Assembly (NCBI GenBank): GCA_003614145.1
Contig: KZ987736.1
Span: 1 to 35,748 of the forward strand
Reading direction: 5' to 3'
Length of the DNA: 35,748 nt
Origin: Piptocephalis cylindrospora
Taxonomy: Eukaryota
Position 1 is the stretch's first letter. The number at the start of each line of letters is the position of its first letter. Made by a program: the position numbers and the translations under genes. Below are positions 25,401 to 35,748 of the stretch, one piece after another. Below the pieces are notes generated by a model. It ran no database searches and had not been told where the DNA came from. It saw only the letters and a list, made by a program, of their open reading frames with translations.

Positions 25401-26223
25401 CAACGGAGGATGATTAAGGAGAAAAAGTTTGATTTTGAAGTGTTTGAACGATCATTTGGTCGGGAAGGCACGGTACTTCTCTACTGCACGTTCCTTCAAC
25501 GGTATCTCACGACTCCGGTAGGGGATCGGACGCGGATGCACCTGACGGGTCAAAGTATCCTACGGGTGGTGGGGATGTTCCAAAGGATCTACACGACCCA
25601 TAAGATTAGGGCGGTATTTTGGAAGGTCTCCATCCTCCTTCTTTTCCAAGACATTCTTCAACGATGTGACCGGCCCAATCTAGATGGCCATTCTCCCGAG
25701 GGTCAGTTGGTCCACTTTATCCGTCGGTGTCTACGGCACTTTTTCATTCTGCATCGGCGTTATCCTCTGTTGCTGGTTGAGGTGAGTGTTTGTGCTGTAG
25801 TGCCCTATGAGATAGTGTACTATGCTTTATCCTGCTCCTTCCTCACCCTCGTCCATTCAGGCCATGTTCCCCAAATTACCCGGGGATGTCCGGTCCATTC
25901 AGGAGGCTGGGCGTGGACCTAAAGAGGGACCAGGGGAAGTAGGGACCTCCTTGGGTGATATCTCAATGCGGGAGGAGGAGGAGGAGGAGGAGGAAGGAAG
26001 ATCTATGACGTCGATGAAGGAGGAGGGGACGTATCATGGTGCATCTATGACAGAGAAGGAGATGTTTATGACCGGGAGTGAGGCATCCATGACCGAACTC
26101 TCCATGCAAGAGGAGCCTCCTCATCAGGGAGGATTTTCTCAGCAAGGATCAGCCTTACAGAAAGATTCCATCCTACAGACGATAGAGTCTACGTTACAGG
26201 AGAATTGGACGGGGATGAAATGA
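22488..26223 (+). CDS. TOF1: Timeless/Tof1/Swi1 replication-fork protection subunit (~908 aa). 13 exons: 22488-22725, 22799-22969, 23047-23206, 23298-23625, 23699-23881, 23960-24070, 24168-24258, 24314-24456, 24552-24641, 24707-24751, 24888-25188, 25279-25781, 25861-26223
   Basis: The spliced protein contains ICTALGG, YALGDECLDCLKDLKRFL, VQTDLLPI, CVELLVPLTWP, LLRNLLAIPD, TRHARFGG and NLQDKLFYE. Twelve GT-AG introns are all frame-consistent (total 2727 nt). Confidence 0.9.
24771..24812. repeat. Compound (GA)n(GT)n microsatellite in a TOF1 intron
   Basis: Directly visible. Confidence 0.9.
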
Positions 26224-27132
26224 GTGGGTGCAATCCATAGATAAGGAGAGTTGAAGATGAAGAGGCTGTGTGGATGGTGCTGGTGTGTAGATCAATGATC
26301 CATGTTCTTACTGTTCTTCTCGTAGTGCTATGACATGCGAAGCCAATCGATACGTCATGACTTGTGTCTAGCTGCTACTGGCATGCAGGGTAGATCTGTA
26401 AGGTTCTAGTGGCGAGTCGTTCGTCCAGTGTATTCCAATGTGGAGATCTGGTGAATCTATGCCGCACGTATCATCGATAGGGTGCACTTGTCGTATCGGA
26501 GAGCAGGAGGGCCTGTGTCCATCCCATCGATACTCTGCTTGCTTCCTATTTCAATGTGGACATGCATACGTATCATCGATACCCTCCTTAGACACGCTTG
26601 TGCATTTCACCTAAAGTACTTCTTCGTACCTGCACCCCTGCATCCCCCACCCTCTCAAGGAGGATGGAAGTAAGTTGATTGTTTTCCTCCCCTCCACCCT
26701 AGCCCTTAATGGGATGTGAGCCCTACTCCTCTTCGCAGACGTGCAAGTCCCAGCTGAGGGGATCGTGAAACAAAGAGGAGAGAGAAGGAAAGAGGATGAG
26801 AGCCCTTTTAGGCTATCCCCGATGACGAAAAGGATGGGAAAGGGGAGGGGAGTGGGAACACGAATGGCCAAGGCCACTTCTCCTTCCCATCCTGATGGAC
26901 ATCTCCATCTTGGATGAGAGTGGGACAAAAGGAACTAATTCGTGTCATTAGTGTGAGACTGGATGACAGTGTGACTTGGGCGGTGACACTTGAGGGAGGC
27001 GGGGGAGGGCATCCAACCCCAACCCCGCCCAGTATCCCGCGCGCTCTCCATCTACCCCATCCCCATTGAACAGAGTACAACCCAGCACACAGTATCAATT
27101 TCATTCACTCACACACGCTTACATATTGAAAT

Positions 27133-27265
27133 GGGGGGGGGGGGGGGGGGGGGGGGGGGGAGAAAATTTATTGGGGGGGAGTTGTTGGGGGGGGGGTGTT
27201 CTTTTCTTTTTTGACTTTTTCTTTTTTCCTCTTCTTGTCCCGCAGACGACCTAGGNNNNNNNNNN
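27133..27265. other. G28 homopolymer, further G/T runs, and an assembly gap (10 N at 27256-27265)
   Basis: Directly visible. Contiguity across the gap is not guaranteed. Confidence 0.95.
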
Positions 27266-28150
27266 AAATGTCTGAGTCCATATCATTGGTTTAGCCCAAC
27301 TTATTACCACAGTATCATTAAAGAATGTAGGGCTCCCCACACTTGGCACCACGACTTGGTTACGTGCGCTCCCGTCAGACGAGTAGGACAGGGATCAAAA
27401 CAGTAATGTGTATGTCCCCTGCCTATCTCCGTGTCCCACCCGTCAAACCTCCACAGGATGGGCAAGGCCTCCACGGTACACGTCTACTCCAGGCCAGACA
27501 GACAGACACACACACACACACCCACGACAAGCATATCCACGTCCCCAGAAATGAACGTATGATAGGGTAAAAGTAAGAGGAGACACATTTACTCATGTCT
27601 GTGCTCTCCCTATGCGCCCTTCCCATGTCAAAAATGGATTGGACTGGGTACGCTGGGAATTGGCCAGTGTAGCCACCCCACCTCTGTCTCTGTTCCTCGC
27701 TCCCTTTCGCCCCTCCCCCCCCTCCCCTGCACACTCATCACCCTCAGTTGACCTGTGACCCTGGCACTGGCCTCTCAGATGAGAGGATCCTAAAGGCGAT
27801 AATCATCCCCTCCTCTCATCCAATGATGAGAGTAATGAGTGGGACATGTCCTTGTCTTCTGGGGGGACAAGAGGAGGGAGAGGCAGGCCGGCAGACGAGC
27901 GTGAGTTTGGACCATGTCACTCATATATACCAGGGTAGGAGGGATTCCCCTCGTCCCCCGCCCCCTCCCTCCCTCTCTTTCTCCTTCTTTTTTTCCCCTC
28001 TTCACCTTCACTTTCACCACCACCTTTCACTCTTCCTTTCACCCCAGGTCTAGCATACTCTCCCTCTCTCTCCCTCTCTCCCCCTCCTTCCACATCCTAA
28101 CGCATCCCTCACATCTTGCCTCCCTCCTGACATCCTCCCCACCCACCCCA

Positions 28151-30620
28151 ATGTTGAACACCGGTAACCCGGTTAGCCCCATGCAATTAAACCCCAATTT
28201 CCTGGACGCTAACATCCCAGGCACTATCCCTGCCCAATCGGTCTCCTCTTCCTCCCCCTCCTTCTCCTCCTCCTCCTCCTCCTCCACACACACCTCAAGG
28301 AAATCCCCATCCCACACCATGTCTCTCGACCCATCCCATCATCATCCCCTCACCTCCCCCCACGGACGAGGAGGCGATGAGCATGGGTCGGGTAGTCACC
28401 ACCCCTCCCAACAGCACCCAACCAGATCCATTGCCCCAGCCTCCACCTCAGGCAACACCATCCCTTCGGATTCCCAGGCCCCCACGGCCCTTCCCATCCA
28501 CTTTCCCCAGGTCAAGGACATCCCCTCCTCCCTGGTATCCGGCGCCAACTCGGCCGCTGCCTTTGGCCTCAATCCCTACCCCACCTATCTGAACAAGGCC
28601 AATCTAACCTTTGCCGGTGATCTAGACGATATGCGACTGAACTGGTAAGTTTCCCTTTCTCTTGATACCTCATACCCTCTCCCCTCCATCTCTTACTCAC
28701 TCTCCCCCCCCCTCCAGGTCTCAAGAAGAACGCCAAACCCAAAGTCGTCTCGTTCAATTCTGGAGACAAATCGACCTCAACACCATTCGATGCTCCTTCT
28801 CCCCAGTCACCCAGGTGGAGAGATCCCCTGATGCCAGGGTTGTATCGTGAATCTATGGGGGGGAAAGGGATGACTTTTTCGTCACATCCGTCGACACCAT
28901 CCAACTTCTTGAATCGCTCATTTCCGTTCGATTTACCGTCGAGGAGAAGAACCGTATTCGAAGGAACCTTGAGGGCTTTCGCCCCCTGACCGTGAGCAAG
29001 AGTCGTCCCGAATGCTCCACCTTCTTCCGCCTCCTCATGGGCTTCCCGGCCCCCAAGCCGCGAAACATTGAAAAGGACGTCAAGGTCTTTCACTGGCGCG
29101 TCCTTGGATCCGCCCTCAAGAAGATCATTGGCAAGTACACCGCTAGCTATAGCAGTACTCGTAGCTTGGACGTCGTCGGCTCCATGGGCTCTGGTTCCTC
29201 GGGCACTCAAGTATCCGGAACGGTAAGGGACGGGGCCGTCAAGGTCAAGCAGGAGGGAACAGGGACCCCCCCGAGTGGGCTCATCGACCCACCGGGCCCG
29301 TCACGCATCAAATCGGTCACCCCCCCGGACCAAATCCCTCTTCAGACACCCCCACCACCCCCGCCTAGGGCTGCCTCCACCGGCAGACGGGGGTCCATCG
29401 GGAAGATCCCCTCACACTCCCGGGGTCTTAGTGGTGGAGGACCCCATCATCTCCCCTCAACCACCAGGGCCACCGCCGCTACCCCGGGACATGTCCGGTC
29501 CTCCTCGGCCCTGTCAGGGGAAGGAGGGATGGCCGGTTCCCTTCAGCTTCAGATTCCTGATATGAGCATGCCAGGGTCGGGCCTCACCTCTCAAACCCCG
29601 CAAGGTTACCATCCCTACCCTAAGGGTCGAAGGCACTCCCAGCCCGTCATCTCCCCTTACAGAGCCGATGCTGGAGTGAGTGGCATGGGAGGGGGAGGTA
29701 CCCAGGGGTGGTTCAAAAGTGGTGGTGGCATGGACTTGAGTCATGGTACCATGGCCGATACTGGCCAGGGTGGAAACCTATCGGTTCAGTCCAACTCGGG
29801 TCTAGTCACCCCCATCGCTGCCACCCAGATGGTCGACCCCAACTCCTCGGGCTCTACCGGGCTTCCTTACGATGTGGACCTGGCCTCCCTGGTCAGTAAC
29901 CTCAACATGAGTCCCGAGGATCTTCAGAGACTCCTTTCTCTCCAGACCGATAACTTTATGCTTGGTTCCTCCCCCGCCGTCCCTCAACAAACAGGCAGTG
30001 GTGAGATCCATCCTGATTCCTCCTCCGCCGCCAACTCGGGCCTCTACCCTGGAGAAGTCATGTCTTCCTCCTCCTCCTCAGCCCACACCTCTGGCCCTTA
30101 CCTAACAGACCAGAGCGCCCTGGCCTCCTCCAACCCCCTGGGTCTCCCATCCTACAGGGCTGGAATGAGCAACGGGGGTGGCATGTACGGAAGGAGGCAT
30201 TCCGTGGCCGAGCCCTATCCCATGCAGCATCGTCGATCCACCATGGTCGCTCGTCAAGACCTAGTCGAGGAGGTGGAGGAGGAGGAGGAAGAGGGACGAG
30301 GCGGTCAGATCTCTGGGATGCTAGGAGACGATGAAAGGATGAACTTGATGCTACAGGGTCTAGCCAACGGCTCGAGCACCGCTTCCTCTGCATCCTCCTC
30401 TGGTATGGACCCTTCCTTTGATTCCATCCTTCAAAACCCCTATCCCCAGAGTGGGGGAAAGCATGCGCCGGATACCTCCAACATCTCTGATTCCCTGATG
30501 ATGTTTTCTCCCGGGGCCGCCACCGACATCTCCTCCAGTCTGGGTCATATCGAGGACCCCAACAAACCCTCCTCTTCCTCCCAATACCCTCTGAGCCCCT
30601 TGGGTGAGGAGGATGTCTAG
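28151..30620 (+). CDS. medA: MedA (Medusa)-type developmental transcription regulator (~798 aa). Exons 28151-28644, 28718-30620. In-frame TGA at 28848-28850 (codon 209); candidate selenoprotein
   Basis: Conserved MedA block KANLTFAGDLDDMRLNW|SQEE...RLVQFWR...VVS*IYGGERDDFFVTSVDTIQLLESL...RFTVEEKNRIRRNLEGFRPLTVSK...GFPAPKPRNIEKDVKVFHW..L..ALKKIIGKY. One 73-nt GTAAGT...CAG intron. The frame is unchanged across the TGA. Confidence 0.85.
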
Positions 30621-30645
30621 GTCCATTGACAGAGTGAGTGCGTAC

Positions 30646-30738
30646 GGCACGTTGTGTGTACATAATGATGACGGGAAGGATGAAAAGGATGGGAGGTCAT
30701 CCTACCCGAGTTGATCTGTCAAGTGATGTGCGCATGCC
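30646..30738 (+). promoter_or_regulatory. Candidate SECIS-like stem-loop in the 3' UTR of the MedA-type gene
   Basis: ATGA(30668-71)-N11-AA(30683)-N23-GA(30708-09). Upper helix GGG.AGGATG / CATCCT.CCC. Lower helix GTGTGTACAT(30654-63) / ATGTGCGCAT(30726-35). Folded by eye only. Confidence 0.5.
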
Positions 30739-30802
30739 TCGTATGGGAAGTGGAGAGGGGAGAGGGGGTGGGGATGATTTCCCCTGGGAGGTTGAGAAGG
30801 GA

Positions 30803-30834
<32 letters not shown>

Positions 30835-33272
30835 GAGAGCGGCTTCGTTTCTTCTTGAATAAGTTTACCATTCTAGTTTTCATCCACACGCTGTTGTTTG
30901 CAAGATACATCGAGATCAGCACACGCATCAAGATCGGCCTATGTATGTGTGCTGAGGTGTTGGAGTCTTATACTCACTCGGAGATTTTGATGGATCAGGA
31001 TTATCCCGCGCATAAGGCACGATGAATCTCGTGAGGTTAGATCCAGTTCCACGATGAGAATATGTTGCTGACGTGCCACTCTCTGTTCATAGGCGACGTA
31101 GCATGTGTACAAGTAGGAGTGGTAGATGCATATCTTGTTCAACTGTACGAGGCGATACCTTCTTGTTGAGTCGACTGCTTGAAGGGATCTCAATGAATTG
31201 GATGTGACGGGGGAAACCTCGGAGCCTTAAGATTGCGGCTTCACTTGGCCAGGGGCAAGATGCCCTTGTCATTGCTCATCCTCCTCACATCTCCTGACCA
31301 TCTAAAGAGCTTATCTCCGATCCTCCTTCCCTGTAAGGAGGTGAGATCTCCCCCCTTACTAGACACCTCGTCTCCGACTCCGCTATCCTGAGACACAAGG
31401 CCCCAGCCCGCTTGAAATGAATGGAACGTGGATACCATGGTTTAACACAAGCCCTTTGATTCAGCCGAAAGCCAGCGGAAGATCCGACTAAGCGGGGCTT
31501 ACAACAGACCTATGTTCTCCGACTCATCCCCTTTACGTTGTTGGCCTAACCAGGGGACCCGGCGATTCTCTCGCCCACCAGCCTCCTCTTCCTCCACTTA
31601 CTGCTATAAAAGGACCCGAACCTAGCGGTCCGGATGGGGGCACAACGCTGAGATCGGTCGCCAAGGAAGCCCAGATGTCCGCCAGGCCATGGCTTGCTCT
31701 CGTGACCTGCTGCGCGACACCATGCTAGCTTTGAAGGCCAGGGCTCAAGTTCTATAAGCCGTACTCCCAAAGCCATGCCTTTGAAATGGGTCTGAGCCTC
31801 CTTCCTCTCCCCCCTATATCACCTTTCATGCGAACGTGACTTCCAAGTACCAAAAAGGGTGTGCTGCAGATAGAATGTCGCGACTATGCCATCACACGAA
31901 GGGGAAGGTTCAGGCTGACTAGAGATGGTCTGGACACCAAATGGAGATCATCCGACTGCCATCCTTGGCTCGGTTAGACCACATGAGCCCGGATAGGCCG
32001 TTGGTGAAGAAAGGGGAGGGAGGGAGGGATGAATGCTATGGTACAGCTAGCATTGAAAGAGTAGATTCAAGATATTCCATCGCTCGATCCCTTTTCCGTT
32101 GTCATGAAAACCGCGCCTCAGAAAAGGGGAGCCAATCTCGAAAGACAGTGTCTGTATTCAGATTGGGCCGTCCCCGCTTAAATGGGCAATGGCGTTCAGA
32201 CGCCATTTCCATCTACGCTCTCTCCATCCACCGCATCCCCAACATACTGTGATGTGAGCGTTGGCCAAATAGGGGTTGGAATTCATCATAGGAGGACAGA
32301 TCGATGGAACGATGGGATCTGTGATCTTGAAACACGCCCTCATCTGGCCCTACACAGGCTCAACGTAGGCTCAGTCAGAGGAAACTAGGGCGGCGCAATA
32401 CCAAGTCGAGATCCCCCAACCCAGTAGCGCTTTGCTGCTACGACTCCATCTTGGCGAGAGATGAAGGCTCACTGGACTCCATCCATTCATCGTTTTCGGC
32501 CGAGAGAAACGTGCAAAATATTTCCTTCATAACACGCGATCTATATCTCGAGATAGACACCAGCCATGCTCGTCTAGAAATAGAAGCACCGTTGACTTCT
32601 AATTACAAGCAGAGCTTCACAGGTCGACTCTACAGCACATACCATTCACCGTTCGTCTTCTCATGCTTCTTTCTCAATTATCATTGTCTCATCATCACCA
32701 TCCATCATCATTCATCATCATCATCATAGGTCTTTCCATGTAGAATTCTCCCCATCAGCCCCCCCTGTGTGCGCGCTCCCACTGTCCTTGGGTGCGCTGT
32801 TGTCGGGTAGACTCGGAATCAGGGATGGTATGTGTGCGCATATCTCTGTAGAGACCCTCCTCTCTCACCCACTACCAACACAGAGTGTGAATAGACACAG
32901 GACTCATTGATCCGTTGTCCTGTGTGTGCAAGGGGGGAAGGCACACACACACACACACACATACACACACCCGCGCAAGTGCCTTCTCTCCCGCTCCCCC
33001 TAGACATGGCCATATCCTGCCCCACACTCGCCCTATGACTCCCACCCATTGGCCAATCCTCCCTGAATTCCCCATGCCCCCCGCCCCGACAGACCCCAAC
33101 GACCGACTTACCAGCCTGGCCCTGTCTAGCTGACCTGACCTGACCTGATCTAAACTTGGCCCTATTCCGCCTTCGAAGCATGTCTCTTGACTCACTCCAC
33201 TTCAACCATCTCTCAAACTTGGCTGGAAAATCCCTTGAATCCTTCCTTCTCTTCCTCCCTCTTCCTTCTCTT

Positions 33273-33276
<4 letters not shown>

Positions 33277-33309
<33 letters not shown>
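33277..33309. repeat. (CT)n microsatellite in the pyrimidine-rich leader of the kinase gene
   Basis: Directly visible. Confidence 0.9.
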
Positions 33310-33312
<3 letters not shown>

Positions 33313-33545
33313 CTTTCTCCCACAGCTCGAGCAAACCTCTCCAGTTATTCTTTGCTGTCCCCTCCCGGCCCTTTCCAGCTAAAACCTAGACCCATCCCCT
33401 TCCTTGCCGTGGCCTCATCCTCGTGGTCCTCCATGCCCCTCTTGGCCCCTTGCCCCAGCCTCCACTCTATTCCATCTGTGTGAACCCCTCCATTACCCCT
33501 CCACTTGTATCCCTCTCCCCCCCCTCTTTTCTCCAACCCTACTCC

Positions 33546-35577
33546 ATGTTTCCAGTATCAAGTCATCTTGTCTCTCCGGACTCAGCGTCCCAACGAGGCA
33601 CCTTCCTTCGTGCCCCGGCCTCCACCACCGCCACCACTCAGTACAACGCCCCAGGTTACCTGGGTGGCCACTCGAGCCCCTCTTCCGAAATGTCATCCCC
33701 AGTCAGAACCCCCTCCTCTTCCTCCTCCTCTTCCTCCTCTTCCTCCTCCCTCTCCTCCAGTTACTCCACCCTTCGTTCCTCCACCTCCACCCCATGTCTA
33801 GCTGGCCACGCCGCCACAGCCGTCCCTGCTCCCTCCTCCGAAACCTCCGTATCCACTCTCATCAAGAGCCTTTCCCCCTTTGCCTCCCACTCCTCCCAGC
33901 GTTCTCAATCCTCCACGCCAACTCATCATGCCCAGCCCATCATGGCTCCAAGCTCCTCAGCTCAAATCTCCTCCCTCCTCGGAAGGGCCATGAACGAAGA
34001 CGTTGGAGATCACCCTGATTCTTCCTCCAATCCTCCCACTCCAAGCTCCCTCATCCCCCCCCCCCTCAGTCATCTCTCCCCATAGCCTCTCACCCACCCA
34101 GACCCTGGCCGTCACCTCCCCACAACCCCTGACTCGGGATGCCAGCGTTCAGGTCCGTGTCCTACCCCCAGGCACCCGAAAGGACATTCGTCTTCAATTT
34201 CACATTCAAGACCCCAGGCAAACCCTGATCCTCTATCGTGGCACCGAGGATCTCTCCTCCCTTGAGGCCAAACTCCGTCGCTTCTTCCCCTCTTCCTGCT
34301 CCCACCTCCCCTCTCTTAGCCAAGCCATCTCGGATGACGCTCCCACCCAGGAGGATCCCTCCATCCCTCCTTCCTCCCATCCAGATACAAATCAGACATA
34401 TGGACTGCACCCCTCTCCCTCTTTCCCTAGTAATAATAATAGGCCCCCCCAGGGTCTCTCCCTGATCATCCACAAGCAAACCCCAACCCTTCCCATGGCC
34501 GCCTCCCCATCCAAACTAGGATCCCAGGATAGCCATCACACCCCCATCATTCCCTATCAATCTGCCCTGACCCGTGCCTACTCCAGTACCCCTCAGGTCG
34601 CTCACACAGCCGAAGATGAAGTCACCATCGCTTCGCAACAAGATCCAGAACACCTGGGCTCCCTGGCCCCCAAGCTCACTCGGTACACCCAGGCCATCCT
34701 AGATCAGGCCTCCCTCCGAGGCTCCCCCCCCTCCAAACTCTTCTTTTCCGTCGATCCCACCGATCGAGGCGACTCATTCACCCCTGTCATCCCTCCCAAT
34801 TCCTCTTCTCAGAATCTGCCTTCTTCTCAAGGCCTCATCTCCTCCCAGGATCCCCTCTCCTTTCAGGGTCCAGTCTCCTCCACCTCCGTAAAGACCGATC
34901 AGGACCAAGAGGATGCGGCCATGCGTGCATCCCATCCCATCCTCGATGACTTTGATCTCATTCGCGTCCTGGGTCGAGGATGCATGGGAAAGGTCTTCCT
35001 CGTTCGGGAAACCCGCACTCGACGGCTCCATGCCCTCAAGGCCATCATGAAGGGGAGGCTAACCCGAAGGCGTGAGGCCCTGCACGCCCGAAGCGAACGG
35101 GATATCCTTGCCACCCTCGCCGCCATCCGTCATCCCTTCCTCGTCCGTCTTCGTCACTCCTTCCAGGATGAAGAACGCCTTTACCTCGTCCTCGAGCACC
35201 ATGGTGGAGGGGACATCGCCTCAGAACTGGCCCGTCTCACCAAATTTGATCCGGAGCGCGTTCAATTCTACGCCCGTGAACTCATCTGTGGTATCCAGGA
35301 GCTTCATCGCATCGGCATCATCTATCGGGATCTCAAACCCGAGAACATCCTTATTGCCCGCGACGGCCATCTTGTTCTCACCGACTTTGGCCTTAGTAAA
35401 CAATTCTCTCCCGAAGACGTCTATGGCGGCGAGGGAAACGGTGATGGTCGTACTACCGATACCTTTTGTGGTACCGCCGAATACCTTGCCCCAGAGATTC
35501 TACGTGGTGAACGGTATGGCTACGCCATTGACTGGTGGTCGCTCGGGGCGGTTTTGTACGAGATGGCCTTTGGCACG
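33546..35577 (+). CDS. AGC-family Ser/Thr kinase (SGK/Ypk/Akt-like) with a Ser-rich N-terminus and a degenerate PX-like domain. 3'-partial (intron starts GTGAGT at 35578). Apparent frameshift at the C11 run 34055-34065
   Basis: Kinase motifs FDLIRVLGRGCMGKV, HALKAIMK, HPFLVRLRHSFQ, IIYRDLKPENIL, DFGLSK, TDTFCGTAEYLAPE and DWWSLG. The upstream ORF from ATG 33546 joins the kinase frame if the C run is 10 nt. Confidence 0.85.
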
Positions 35578-35583
35578 GTGAGT

Positions 35584-35584
<1 letters not shown>

Positions 35585-35615
<31 letters not shown>
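35585..35615. repeat. C31 homopolymer in the kinase intron
   Basis: Directly visible. Confidence 0.9.
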
Positions 35616-35617
<2 letters not shown>

Positions 35618-35748
35618 GCCCTCCCCCCCCCCCTCCCCCTCTTCTTTTACTAACTTCCTCTCCCACCCCCCCCCATTCGTCTATTAGTAGGGTTATATCA
35701 ATCCGATTCATCCAACTCTCCTCCCACACACCTTGGCCCTAAGCAGAC

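Noticed and set aside
28848..28850. Genome-wide UGA reassignment, or A-to-I editing to Trp
   Set aside because: TGA terminates five other genes in this window. Editing would give Trp at a position that is Cys in homologues.
28839..28867. Micro-intron that would remove the MedA TGA
   Set aside because: The GT...AG span is under 30 nt, whereas introns here are at least 65 nt. It has no pyrimidine tract or branch point and would delete the conserved VSxIY motif.
30900..32750. 1.8-kb intergenic region examined for tRNA (including tRNA-Sec), ncRNA or transposon remnants
   Set aside because: No cloverleaf, terminal repeats or recognisable protein motifs found by eye. An Infernal or RepeatMasker scan is still needed.
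1..35748. CRISPR arrays, rRNA or prokaryotic operons
   Set aside because: The genes are spliceosomal-intron eukaryotic genes, and no repeat-spacer or rRNA signatures are present.

Overview
Eukaryotic, intron-containing, gene-dense DNA with GT-AG introns of about 65-140 nt and one 10-N assembly gap at 27256-27265. Gene content (SNAPC3, MedA-like, Opi3, Tof1, Stu1) suggests an early-diverging fungus, possibly Zoopagomycota; this taxonomy is inference. Twelve protein-coding genes could be modelled by hand-splicing: an orphan ORF, CLASP/Stu1, NUFIP1/Rsa1, SNAPC3, Opi3, mitochondrial uL15m, a divergent PSTALRE CDK, GlnRS, a type I membrane protein, Tof1/Timeless, a MedA-type transcription factor, and a PX-like + AGC kinase cut by the window end. 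The standout observation is in the MedA-type gene. It has one in-frame TGA (28848-28850) where homologues have a conserved Cys (S-C-I motif), and an otherwise intact frame on both sides. About 45 nt after its TAG stop lies a SECIS-like hairpin (AUGA-N11-AA-N23-GA). This makes it a candidate new fungal selenoprotein transcription factor, although a base-call error or nonsense allele cannot be excluded from sequence alone. All family assignments come from recalled motifs, not database searches.
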